Of a stretch of 55,442 bases of DNA, positions 1 through 10,900 are shown piece after piece. Under the pieces are notes generated by a model, which saw only the letters and a list, made by a program, of their open reading frames with translations, had not been told where the DNA came from and did no database searches. The stretch is from positions 1-55,442 of IMG/VR virus record IMGVR_UViG_3300035661_000078. The stretch is one strand, 5' to 3'. Source of the stretch: a virus. Taxonomy: Duplodnaviria > Caudoviricetes. A program made the position numbers and the translations under genes. Numbering within the stretch: the stretch's first letter is position 1; each line of letters opens with the position of its first letter.

Positions 1-1
1 C

Positions 2-892
2 TACTACATGGAGGTCTGGAGCCGCAGTTTCAGTCTCTCGACGAAGTGCATCAGCGGCGTGACGGGGCCTATCGGGGCCAGCTATATTGACCACGCTGAG
101 GCGCTGGCCATGATGCCGCCTTCCCCCCACTGCACTCCCATCGAGCTGTGGGTCTGCGAGTTTGGCAGCGATACCAAATTGGGACATGGCATGGTCACGC
201 ATGTCTGGAGCGTCTTCTCGGCCTACTCGGAACCCGGAGTGTTGAACACGGGGGACACCGCGCTGTCGCCCCTGTACACCGCAGACTTCAGTCCATGGGT
301 GGGTATGGGAGCGCCCTGCGTGGTATCTGATAGTCCCTCTAGCTACGGCGCTGCTCCTGGTGGCTATGCCCCCAGCAGCTATTTTTGGGGGCCGTTTGCG
401 CTGGGTCGGCTGGGCATTGATGGAGACGACGCAGGCTTGGACGAATACAAAGTGGCGCCCCTTGGTTCCAGCGGGGACTATCTGCGAGCGGCCGGAGCAA
501 CCGCATCTACAAAGTGGCTACCCGCCAGCAATCTCCCGGATTTCCACAAGTGGAATGGCACCGAGCCCAATGAGGTCTCGGCCATGTCTCAGATCCAACC
601 TGCACCCAGCACCTATCCCACGCTGGCCCAGGCCCTCGACGCCACCACGGACTACCCCAGCATTCTGCTGAGCAGCACCGCCGCGCTCCCCCCGGCGGGG
701 GGTGTCATCATCGGCATGGAGGCGTTCACCTATGCTGGCACCAGTGGCGGGAACACGCCTACGGGTGTGACTCGCGGCGCGAATGGGACGACGCAGCACC
801 GGCACTTCGTCGGCGATGTTGTCAGCCCAGTGACCTGGTTCTTGAAGGTGAACAACGGCGCAATCTGCTGCGGCGTCAACAAGCCGGCGTGA
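2..892 (+). CDS. Tail-associated structural protein, 5'-truncated by window edge
   Basis: Frame is open from the window start. The C-terminal motif EAFTY..GNTPTGVTRGANGTT..H..GDVV is typical of phage tail/fibre proteins, and the window's other end is in the tail fibre region. Confidence 0.6.
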   Translation, partial: YYMEVWSRSFSLSTKCISGVTGPIGASYIDHAEALAMMPPSPHCTPIELWVCEFGSDTKLGHGMVTHVWSVFSAYSEPGVLNTGDTALSPLYTADFSPWVGMGAPCVVSDSPSSYGAAPGGYAPSSYFWGPFALGRLGIDGDDAGLDEYKVAPLGSSGDYLRAAGATASTKWLPASNLPDFHKWNGTEPNEVSAMSQIQPAPSTYPTLAQALDATTDYPSILLSSTAALPPAGGVIIGMEAFTYAGTSGGNTPTGVTRGANGTTQHRHFVGDVVSPVTWFLKVNNGAICCGVNKPA

Positions 893-895
893 CCC

Positions 896-1186
896 ATGGC
901 GACCCCTGTCAAGGCCATCACCTACCTGTCGGACGTCTACCCCCAGGCGCCCGCCCCGGTGCTCGCGCCGCGCCCCCTGCCCCTGGTGCCTCGGCAGGCG
1001 CTAGTCGTGCGCGTGGCCCCGGCATTGTGGAAGCCGCTCCGCTATCCCACCGTACAGGCACGGGGCCGCACCGTCCTCGTCCCTCGGCCCCTGGTTCTCC
1101 AGGCCCTGACGGCGCTGAAGATGACGCTGTTCTGGCGAAACGCGACCGCCTTCCGCAAAGGCCAGCAATTCCCTCTCACCCGGTAG
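896..1186 (+). CDS. Hypothetical protein (tail region)
   Basis: 96-aa ORF starting 3 bp after the previous stop. Confidence 0.5.
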   Translation: MATPVKAITYLSDVYPQAPAPVLAPRPLPLVPRQALVVRVAPALWKPLRYPTVQARGRTVLVPRPLVLQALTALKMTLFWRNATAFRKGQQFPLTR

Positions 1187-1407
1187 GGCCATCTGCTTGG
1201 TATGATGCTTGGTGTGACCATTCCCCCTGAGCCTCGAAGGGTTGTGCCAACTCTCCTTCACCCCACCCTAACCCGGTGGAACCAGGGCCAGAGCCAAGAA
1301 GAAAGGGACAGCTTCCGGGGGATGGTCACATTTTAGGGTTGCCCCTGGGGGGGTTGATCTTGGACCCTAATCATACCGGGCATCATCCCGGGGAAACGGG
1401 GTCCGGC

Positions 1408-1698
1408 ATGAAGGCAGCTGAACTGGTCCACGAGGAAACGAGTGGTTGGCGCCTGGACCGACGCATTTCACTGGACGTTCTTATCGCGGCCCTGACCCTG
1501 TTGGGCCTCGCCTGTGGGTACGCCATTAGCCAGGCTCGTTGGCAGGGAACGACCGAAACGCGCATCCAGAATCTGGAGGCGACCGATACGCGCATCATAG
1601 GTGACAACAAGGCGCAGAAGGAAGAACTCACGAAGCGGTTGGACCACATGGATGAGAAACTCGACCGCCTGCTCACCGTCTCTGCTTCGCGGAGGTAA
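1408..1698 (+). CDS. Holin-like membrane protein (one TM helix plus coiled coil)
   Basis: ISLDVLIAALTLLGLACGYAI TM segment, coiled-coil tail RLDHMDEKLDRLL, directly upstream of the endolysin. Confidence 0.55.
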   Translation: MKAAELVHEETSGWRLDRRISLDVLIAALTLLGLACGYAISQARWQGTTETRIQNLEATDTRIIGDNKAQKEELTKRLDHMDEKLDRLLTVSASRR

Positions 1699-1701
1699 TC
1701 C

Positions 1702-2214
1702 ATGGCCGAAGCGGTCGCCACCTGGCCCGAAGAACTCAGCGAGCATTGGTCCTTCCGGGAGGCCATTCATTCCGCCACGGCCGATGCGCTAGGCATCGAC
1801 AACACGCCGCCCATCAGCCTTCTGCCCAATGCCATGGCCCTCGTGGCCCTGGCTGAAGCGGCCCGCGCCCACCTGGGCAAGGTGTTCGGGCACGAGGTCG
1901 TCCTCGACACCGACTCTGGATTTCGCTGCATCCCCCTCAACGCGGCTGTGCATGGCTCCGGCGCCAAACCGGGCGAGAAACCATCGGCCCATACCCGGTT
2001 TCTGGCCTTTGATCTGCGTCCCCGTGGTATCGACCTGGCCCCGGCCTTCGCGGCCCTCAAGGCCTCGTCCGTGGCATTCGACAAGCTGATTCTGGAGACC
2101 AACGGGGTCACGACCTGGCTTCATCTTCAGGCAGCCGCTCCCGGCCAGGTGGCCCGCCGTCTCACCTACACCGGCACCAAGGGCCCCAACGGTTCGACCT
2201 TCCGGAGCGCCTGA
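1702..2214 (+). CDS. Endolysin, peptidase M15 family (Zn D-Ala-D-Ala carboxypeptidase-like)
   Basis: LSEHWSFREAIHSATA..GIDNTP, SGFRC..LN.AV.G, SAH....AFD and W.H motifs of M15_3 endolysins. Confidence 0.85.
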   Translation: MAEAVATWPEELSEHWSFREAIHSATADALGIDNTPPISLLPNAMALVALAEAARAHLGKVFGHEVVLDTDSGFRCIPLNAAVHGSGAKPGEKPSAHTRFLAFDLRPRGIDLAPAFAALKASSVAFDKLILETNGVTTWLHLQAAAPGQVARRLTYTGTKGPNGSTFRSA

Positions 2215-2681
2215 TGTCATCCGACGAGTCCCCACGTCCCCTTCCCATGCCGGTCCCAGGGATCAGCACCCTGTCGGACATGCTGGTGGCCAACCAGAAC
2301 CTCACCTCTCGTTCGCAGTCCCCGGGTTCCGTCAGCACTCGTATCGTCTCCTGGCTGCCCGAGACCTTGCCCGTGACGGGCGCCACCTTCCAGGCCATCA
2401 TCGGCCCGGACGATTGCGACCTGCCGGGCCGGCAGAAGTATTTCCGAGGGTTCAAGGCCTACGGGGAACCGGGTGGGATCCTGACCTACCTCGCCTTTGC
2501 GGATGGGGTCCAGGTGGCCACGGGCACCGTGCGGGTGGACGACGATGCGGCCCATGACAACCAGGCCAGCTTCCCAAGGGGCACCAGCGGCCTTGAGGTG
2601 ATCCTTCTCGTGAGCTGCACGGCCCGGCTGGACCGCATCGACAACCTCTATGACCCCATGGGAGCCATTGAGGAAGACTGA
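2214..2681 (+). CDS. Hypothetical, probably virion protein
   Basis: TGATG overlap with the endolysin stop; beta-rich composition. Confidence 0.55.
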   Translation: MSSDESPRPLPMPVPGISTLSDMLVANQNLTSRSQSPGSVSTRIVSWLPETLPVTGATFQAIIGPDDCDLPGRQKYFRGFKAYGEPGGILTYLAFADGVQVATGTVRVDDDAAHDNQASFPRGTSGLEVILLVSCTARLDRIDNLYDPMGAIEED

Positions 2682-2770
2682 AAAAAGGACTTCCCTGGGT
2701 CCATCACACCTTGTTTGCTAGAGAAAGGTCCGCCAATTCTCGGTTTGGGCCAACTCTCAAAGGAGGGGTC

Positions 2771-3373
2771 ATGTGGTGGGCAGCAATCCCCTTGGCCATC
2801 AGCGCCATCAGCGCCATCACGGGCAGTAAGGCCGCCGGAGAGGCCGCCGACCGGGCCGAGTCCTATGTGAACCAGGGCGCGGACCTGCAGAGCAAGAAGC
2901 TGGCCCTGGCCCAGTGGAATCTGGACGACTTCAAGAACAATATCCTGCCTCTGCGGAACAAGATGCTCACGGAGGCCATGAGCGCGGCCCCTACTGCTGC
3001 CTATGGCCGAGAGGCGGGGAGTTTCCAGCGCGGCATGGCCACGGCCCAGGAAAACATTCTGGGTTCGGATACCACTCCGTCCGGGTTGATGGACGCCAAC
3101 CTTGCCGGCCTCGGTATCGCCAAGGCCAAGGGCCTCGCTACCCTTCGGCTTCAGGATGACTCCCGCAAGCTGGATGAGCAGGGCAAGCTCCTCTCGCTCG
3201 GCTACCAGACTCCGGGCGCGGTGAGCGCCATGGGCCAGGCCTATGACGGGAGCACCAACTTCTTCGGGGGCTTGGCCAATAGCTACAACGCCCAGGCCGC
3301 CCAGGGGTATGCCGGCGTTGCAAATGCCCTGGGCGGCATGGCGGAACTCTACGCCAAGTACGGCGGGAAATAG
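2771..3373 (+). CDS. Internal virion / DNA ejection protein (P22 gp7-like pilot)
   Basis: RBS AAGGAGG; hydrophobic N-terminus MWWAAIPLAISAISAITGSKAA; Ala/Gly/Gln-rich; first of three genes of increasing size. Confidence 0.65.
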   Translation: MWWAAIPLAISAISAITGSKAAGEAADRAESYVNQGADLQSKKLALAQWNLDDFKNNILPLRNKMLTEAMSAAPTAAYGREAGSFQRGMATAQENILGSDTTPSGLMDANLAGLGIAKAKGLATLRLQDDSRKLDEQGKLLSLGYQTPGAVSAMGQAYDGSTNFFGGLANSYNAQAAQGYAGVANALGGMAELYAKYGGK

Positions 3374-3381
3374 GAGGGACC

Positions 3382-4896
3382 ATGATTCGCGGAATTGGCA
3401 TGGCGCAAATCGGGGCCGGGTTGATGCAGGGCACCAACCGAGGCCTGGATGAGCGGCGCATGATGGACCGGCAGGACCGGCAGGACGCCATGGTCAGCGA
3501 CGAGTTTCGACGCAGGCAGGCCCTGGAAGCAGGCCAGGATCAGGCCGTCTTCGACAAGTGGGACACCTTCTCCAAGGCCGACCTGGATGGCATCCAGTCC
3601 TACATCCCCGCAGATACCGTCTATACCCCCACCACGGGCGACCATGTGAACCCAGACGGCACCCTCCAGGCGCGACCGGACGTGCCACAGGATTTGCTTG
3701 CGGGCCCGGCGATTCCCGGCGCCCCGGCGCCCGCCCAAGCGGCGTCCGGGAGCCCGGTCAAGAAGGGTCTCGCGATCCCGGGTGGTGTTCCTCAGAAGAT
3801 CCTCAACCGGAACGCCTACTCGGCTCGAAGTATGGCCCTGGGCATCATGGGGCCCAGCTCGGCAATGATGAACACCGCCGATACCGAGGCCGGCTTCGAC
3901 ACCTTCAAGGAGCGCGCCCAGGGGGCCCTCTCCAGCCTTCAGGGACTCAAGAGCCAGATCAGCCAGATCATCGGCGGCCGGGATCCCAACACCATGGACG
4001 CGGCCACCCGCGCCCAGCTGGCATCCCGACTGAAGCCCCTCCTCGATGAGGCCGACTCGCAGACTCGGCTCCTCGCGGATTCCGTCCAGGCAGCGCACAC
4101 CACCAAGGATGCCTCCGAGGCCCGCCACGCCTTCCAACTCCTCGCCACCACGGGCGATCCCGGCCGTGTCGCGGACTTCATGGCCGCCAACGGCGCGCCC
4201 CCCGATACGGTGGCTAGCATGCGCCTGTCCAAGTACGACCCCCAGAGCAACCGGATCATCACCCAGAACGGGACCGTTCTGGATCCCGTCAGTTTTGGGA
4301 TCAGCAACGGCCTGGTGCCCTTGAATCCGAAGGAACAGGCCGACTTCATGATGCGGGCCGCGCAGTTCCAGGAAAAGCTTAGTGCCGCCAAACTGAATGA
4401 GCAACTCCGTGCCGACACGCGGATTCAGGCTGTGCTCAACGCAGGCGGTGCCAAGGCCACAGCCATGCAGCGATACCTGGATACGGTCGATCAGCTGGGC
4501 GCCTTGGAGCGCAACGGCCAGATGGACAGCGACAAGTATCAGCAGCTCCTCCACACCCGCGACCAGATCGCCCTGGCCCTACCTGTCTCCACCGGAGCGG
4601 GAAGGGAAGCCGCCAGGGGGACGCCTGCCGGACAGGAGGACCAACTCCAGCGCGACCTGGATCGGGCCGAGCGAGGCCTTGCCGCGGCGCAACGTGCGGG
4701 CATCGCTGCTGGGAACACCACGGACAAAGGCCTCCAAGCCAAGGCCGATGCCGATTACAGGGCCGCCAAGGCGGCGCGGGACGCCGCCAAGGCCGCCCTC
4801 GATGCCAGCCGGAGTCGCCGGGGCATTGGCCAGGTGGCCCCTGGGGCCGCGCCCGCCACGGCGCCTTCCGCGCCCACGGCCTTCTCTATCAACTAG
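3382..4896 (+). CDS. Internal virion / DNA ejection protein
   Basis: RBS GGAGG; 504 aa, helical, Ala/Gln-rich; sits between the small pilot and the giant protein. Confidence 0.6.
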   Translation: MIRGIGMAQIGAGLMQGTNRGLDERRMMDRQDRQDAMVSDEFRRRQALEAGQDQAVFDKWDTFSKADLDGIQSYIPADTVYTPTTGDHVNPDGTLQARPDVPQDLLAGPAIPGAPAPAQAASGSPVKKGLAIPGGVPQKILNRNAYSARSMALGIMGPSSAMMNTADTEAGFDTFKERAQGALSSLQGLKSQISQIIGGRDPNTMDAATRAQLASRLKPLLDEADSQTRLLADSVQAAHTTKDASEARHAFQLLATTGDPGRVADFMAANGAPPDTVASMRLSKYDPQSNRIITQNGTVLDPVSFGISNGLVPLNPKEQADFMMRAAQFQEKLSAAKLNEQLRADTRIQAVLNAGGAKATAMQRYLDTVDQLGALERNGQMDSDKYQQLLHTRDQIALALPVSTGAGREAARGTPAGQEDQLQRDLDRAERGLAAAQRAGIAAGNTTDKGLQAKADADYRAAKAARDAAKAALDASRSRRGIGQVAPGAAPATAPSAPTAFSIN

Positions 4897-4905
4897 GGGT
4901 TTCCC

Positions 4906-7900
4906 ATGCCGGATCTCTTCGACTTCGACCCGAATCAGGGACCGCTTCGCGTCGCCACCGTCAATGGCTTTGCAGGAGGCACCTTCCAGACGCCCCAGCG
5001 GCTCATGGATGGGGCGATCTGGTTGGATCGGGGCAAGACTGCCGACCCCAATCAGGTCTCAGGCTGGTACAAGTTGGGCAACGATGGTGCGACCTGGCAG
5101 GCGGCCGGGGATCACATTGAGCTCCCCAACGGCCAGGAGGAGCAGTTCGGCCAGGCTAAGACCTTCCGGCGTTCTGATGGTGCGATCTTCCTGCATCCGA
5201 AGTTCTTCGGGGGCGGCCCTGTCGCGGGCGTCCAGAAGCCGGGTTGGTACGAACAGGACGACAAGGGCAACCTCAAACCTGCCCCGGCGGAGGAGAGTTA
5301 TTCCCGTCGGGCCTGGGATGCTGTGGCCGGAACTGTCAAGGGCATCGGCTCTGGGATCGTCAACACCGCCAAGACTGAATTGGGCAAGGTGAGCAACTAC
5401 CTCGCCACGGGTGACAGCGAGACTTCTCCCGATGACGCAATCAAAGCCCAGATCGATGCCTCCTCGGATCCACTGGCGACCGCCCAGCAGATCGCGCAAC
5501 AGGCCCCTCAGATGGGTGGGACCGCCCTGGGCGCCGCGGCCGACGAGGCCCATCGCTTCCTCGTGGGGGCAGGTGAAAAGTTCCTGGGGTGGGGGCAGGC
5601 GGCGGGCGGCCTGGGCCTCAAGGCCATCGGATCCCTGACGGGAGATCCCGCCCTCAAGCGCGAGGCCAGCCAGCTTATCCATGATCCTGTGACCTTCGAC
5701 CACTCGAGGGAAAAGGCCCAGCGCGAGCTGGACCTGGAGGAGACCATCCGCCAGCTGAATGAGCAGAAGCTCACGGCCCAGATGTTGGCCAAGCAGGGGA
5801 GCATCATCGGGGACGCGCAGGGCAATCCCCAGGGCGTCACGGCCGAGGCCCGGGATCTTCTCACGGCCTACACCGCCAACCTCCACAAAGCCGTGGCCCT
5901 GGAACGCCAAGTCGGGCAGGACCGGGCCGTGACTTCCGGCGTGAAGAACTACCTCGCGGGCGCGGGCACCCTGGGCGGAGATACCTTCGACCTGGCAGCC
6001 CAACTGGCGCTCATGGAGGCCACAGGCGGGCTTGGCAACGCCGCCGCCCGTGAGGCCGCCGCAACCACCGCGCAGGCCGGGGCCCTGGCCACAGGCCAGA
6101 AGGCCGCCAGCACCCTTGCTCGGCTGGGACTCTCTGAGGAGCTGGCCGCCAAGGCCGGGAAAACCATCACCCAGGCGCTCACCACGGGTCAGACGGCCAT
6201 CCCCTCCGCCCTGGAGGCTGCCGCCGAGGCCGGAGGCAAGGCTGGTGCCGGACGTCTTCCCCGCATCGCCAACTGGATCGCGGATACGAGCCAGGCCGAG
6301 CAGGCCGGGGCCCTCTCCCGAGGCCTCGCGCATGCGGGCCAGGGCGTGGCCATGAGCCTGCCTGGTGCCGTCCAGGAGTTCACCGACCTCTATGGTGGGA
6401 ACGAAGACCAGGGGGCCCTGGGGGCCCTGTGGAAGGTCATCAAGGAGCAACCCAAAGTGGCGGCCGTCATGGTCCCCATGCTCTCCGAGCGTCTGCGGGC
6501 CATGACCACCCCTTTCGCCCAGACCACCGTGGCTGGCGCCGCCAAGAACGCCGCGGCCCGCACCCTCACCCTAGCGGGCACCTCTACCCTTGCGGACCTC
6601 CTGACCTCCGGGGGTGATCCCCAGGCAATTGGGAACCTGCCCGCCCACATCAAGGGCCTCCTGGGTCTGGAGCTTCTGGGCGCCGCCCGGGGCATTGGCT
6701 CCGCCCGTGAGACGGGCCGCCAGGCGGCCGACACCCGGGCCCTGGCCGAGGACCAGCTTGGCGAAGCAACGAAAGCCCTTCTTCAGGACCGTCCCGCCCT
6801 GGAACAGGTGGAGGCCATCCTCAAGCAGGCGGAGACCGAGGCCACCGGGAACCCCGAGCAACAGGCTCACCTCAAGGATCTGCGCGACGAGCTGGCCGCC
6901 CGTGTGGCCCAGCACGATCAGCGCGCCCAGGCCGCCGCAGAAGCCATCGCCCAGACCGACCAGGTGGCGAATGACCTGGGCGTGAAGCCCGAGGACCTGC
7001 CACGTCCCAAGGCCAGGAAGCTGGCGGATCCCGTGACGAGCATCCTGGGCAAGCCGACCGAACCCATCACCTCGGCTCCTACCCCTGTACCGCCCCCGGC
7101 TTCTGATCCGGTAGCCCGCCACGAGCGCGTGTTGGCCGGTCTGGACGACACCCGAAAGATCCTGGAGCGCCGCATCCTCGATGCCAAGGTGGCCGGGAAA
7201 GACACCACCGCCCTTGAGGACGACCTGGCCCAGACCAAGGCCGACATGCAGGCCCGCCAGGCCGTGGCCGCCGAGGATGCCGCGCCGCCCGCCCCGGCCA
7301 TCGCGTCCCCGGCGCCCGATCCCGCACTCGATCCCATCGCCCGCATGCAGGCCATCTCCGACGCCTTCGACGCGCCGGAGACTGCGAACCGCTGGCCCAA
7401 CCTGGGGCCCAATGAACAGCGGGCAATCTGGCTGGCACACGGCATGGACGACGCCACCAACCGCACCCCGGAAGGCGTGGCTGCCTACCACCTGGCCATG
7501 GACCGGGCCAACCGGAAAATCGAAGGCCGGCGTGGCCCCAGCGGCGATCCGGATCGTTCGGCCATGGATGCCATCGCGGCTCCCCAGATGATCCGCCCCG
7601 CCAAGGGTCTCGCCTCGGACGCCTCGGACGCCTCGGACGCCTCGGCTGCCCGCCCTGCCCTCGCGCCTCCAGACCTGTCCGGCGACACGAACGCCGTCAT
7701 GGACCACCCCGAACTGCGGAAGGCCGGGCTCTGGCAGGGCGTCAAGGGTCTTGCGGAATCCCTCAAGGGAAAGCTGGACAGCGCCATGGCCAAGGTGGCC
7801 GCCCAGAAGATCCTGGCCCGGGCCACAAAGGAGGGGGATGGCGATGCCACCCTGCCGACGAAGGCCCGCATCCTGGCCCAGGCCGCCCTCAAGACCCGGG

Positions 7901-10900
7901 ATCCCCTCAAGGTACTGACCGACCAGCTCGGCACGAGTGACCACCGCGACCTCGTGTTGCAGCTCGGTGAGATCCCCGCGGGCATGGAGGGGCAGGCCCG
8001 GGATGCCGCCGCCATGGACCTCATGTTCCAGGCCATGAAGGATCAGGACTTCGGGGGCAATACCAGCGACTTCCACACGGCCCTCCGAGACGCTTGGCGC
8101 GTCACGGAGAAGAAGCGCAGCGCCAAGGTTGACCCCTGGCAGCTGAAGCCCTTCGCGAATTTCTCGGACCTGGAACGCCATGTGCACCGGCTCACCCGGG
8201 GTCTGGATGCCCGGCTCCAGGCCACGAAGGAAGGCGCTGACACGACCCTCGACACCGTGGAGAAGCACCTCTCCGGCAAGAAGGCCGCCCTGGACCAGCT
8301 GCTTCCCGGCGCGCAGGGGCCAGCGAAGGAGGGCCTTGAGGCTAGAGCCGCCCAGATCCGTGCTCAACTGAGCAGGCTGGGGGCCCTTCGGCAGATCCGC
8401 GCAACTGATCCCGAGAACCTCTCCGGCTTCTCCCGGCGCCTGGGCGCTGAGATCCAGGGCTGGACCGAGGATCTTCGCACGGGCCACCAGCGGGGGCAGT
8501 CCCTTGTGGTCACGGATCCCACGGGCGCCAAGTCGGACGAGTACGAAGCCAGGACTGGAGCCATCCCGGTCGGGAAGGACGAGAACGGAGCACCCAGGAT
8601 GCTCGACACGGGCTTGGTGCACGTCTTCCCAAAGGGGGGCACTCTGCCGCTCCAACGGGGACTGGAAATGCGTGGGATCGTCAACCGGGCAACTCCCAAT
8701 GAGGAGCAACTTCGCGCCCTCTGGGAAGCCGACCACAAGCCAGGCGTCCCAGTCGGCGCCGAATTGCCGGATCGCCCCTTGCTGGTGCCGGGCACCTCAT
8801 TCGATTGGGTGCGCGTGGGCAACAAGATCCTCCCCCGGCCTCGTCCCGTGGCCTACACCGAGGAGAGTTTGGAGGCTGGCGAGAACAATGCCACCCGCAA
8901 CGCCGTCCAGAGTGTCGGGCACTATGACCTGGCTGGCTTCGCCCGACACACCAACGCCATCCTGGACAACGCGGGCCTGGAGCGTCTCCCCTGGCGAGAG
9001 ATCAAGGAGGCCCACGAACGAAACGTCACCCTTCCCGAGAGCCGGGAGGCCGAGGCCCAGCGACTCCGCGCCCAGGGCGCCCTGGTTCCCACCGAGGCTC
9101 ACTGGCGGGCTGGTGCCGCGCAGCGCGCCCCCGAACGCTCCCGGGAGGAGATCGCCCGGGAAGCTGCCAAGGCCGAGGAGACTCGTGCTCGCCTCGGGGA
9201 TCCCACCGTGCCACCCACTCCGGAAGAGATCCAGGCCGCCCGTGACAAGCAGAAGGCCCTGACGCCCACCGACGAACTGACCCGCCGCGAAGCCGCCAAT
9301 GAGCTTCGGCGCCTGGGGCCTGGGGCCCTGGCGCTCGCTCCTGACGCTCTGCTCCAGCGGATCCATGATCTTGGTGCTCAACCCATGGATGAGGAAACAA
9401 GGGGCGCCAACCAACTCATCCACGGGGAAACCGTGTTGAGCCACAGCGAATACCGGGCCCTCCTGGACTTTCTGGATAAGGACTTCTTCAACGACCGAAG
9501 CCAGGCCTGGAAGGAGAAGGCTCCCAACCGGGCAGGCGTCAGCGATTCCCTGGCGCGAGCCGCGGGCGTGGACCAGACGGACCTGTCCTCTCCGGCGCGG
9601 CGCGCCGCCGAGATCGAGGCCAGTTCCTTCGACAATCGGCGCGGAGCCGAGGTGTTGGCCGAGAAGAAGGCCGACGCCGACCGGCGCCGGGCCGTGCAGC
9701 TCCGCACCGCGAGCCGGGCCCTGGATCGTCTGCTCAAGGCGGGCATCCTGACCGGCGACGACTTCCTGCTCCCTGGCGCCAAGCCCCATGAGACGAGCCA
9801 GGGCGAGGATGGCGGGATCATCACCCATCGCAACGCAGAGTTCCGGCGCACCGTGCTGGACGCCCTGAATGACGTGGCCGACCTGGACCCCAGGGCCGGC
9901 GACATTGCTAGCGAGCTCTATGCCAAGGTCCAAGAGACCCGTGACACCCAGGGCGATGCGATCCCCGCGGGCCATTCTCCCGACACGAGCTTCTACCGCC
10001 GCGGGGGACGCTGGATCCCCAACCCGGAAAGTGTTGAATCGGAGCCGCTCTTCGATCATCGTCCGGCCGTAGCCGACATGAACCAGGCCACGGGCGCCGA
10101 ACGGAACAGCCTGCTGCACGCCCTGGGACAGAACCCCCACGTCCGTGCCAGCACCCAGCGCATGATGGCCCACGAGCAACTCATGGCCTTCGCGGATCAA
10201 GTCCGCCATGGCGCCACCTTCAAGGACTACCCGGAAGACCTCCGCACCAAGATCGCGGATCATCTGGAAACGAAGGCCGAGGGCCTCGTACATGAGGGGG
10301 ATTGGGCCCTGCGGGATCACCTGGAGAACCAGGGGCAGAGCTACTTCAAGCCCATCATGGAACCCCGGTCCCCCAATGAGGGTCAGCGAACCCTGCTGCG
10401 CGATGAGGACGCGGCGGCCCTGCTGAACCAGAACCACCCGCGCCACGAAGAAGTGCTCCACTGGTTCAACGGGGAGGAAGCGCCGGCCAACCGCTTCGCC
10501 GGGCTGCAGGAGATCCCCGATACCCAAGAGACCCCCGAACAGCGCATCCTCCAGACCCACCTCATCAAGGTGAATCCCACCGTGGATCCCGCCGTTGCCG
10601 TCAAGCAACTGGTGAACGACGCCATGACCTCCATTGGTGAGCTGAACACGACTGCGGACGTGACTGCTCGCGTCTCCCGCTGGGAGAAGTCTGCCGAACC
10701 CCTCCTCCAGGAGCGGGCGGCTACCTGGCACCGCAATCGAGACACCGTGCGGACCATGACGGCCAACGATCCCGAGCTCACGCGCCGGATCCTGGAGATC
10801 ACCGACCGCATGGACCCGGCTCTCTTCTCTGGCCTGACCATCGCCCCCGGCAACGCGGAGGGGAAGATGGGCACCTTCCACTTCGGGAAGAACCTCCTGG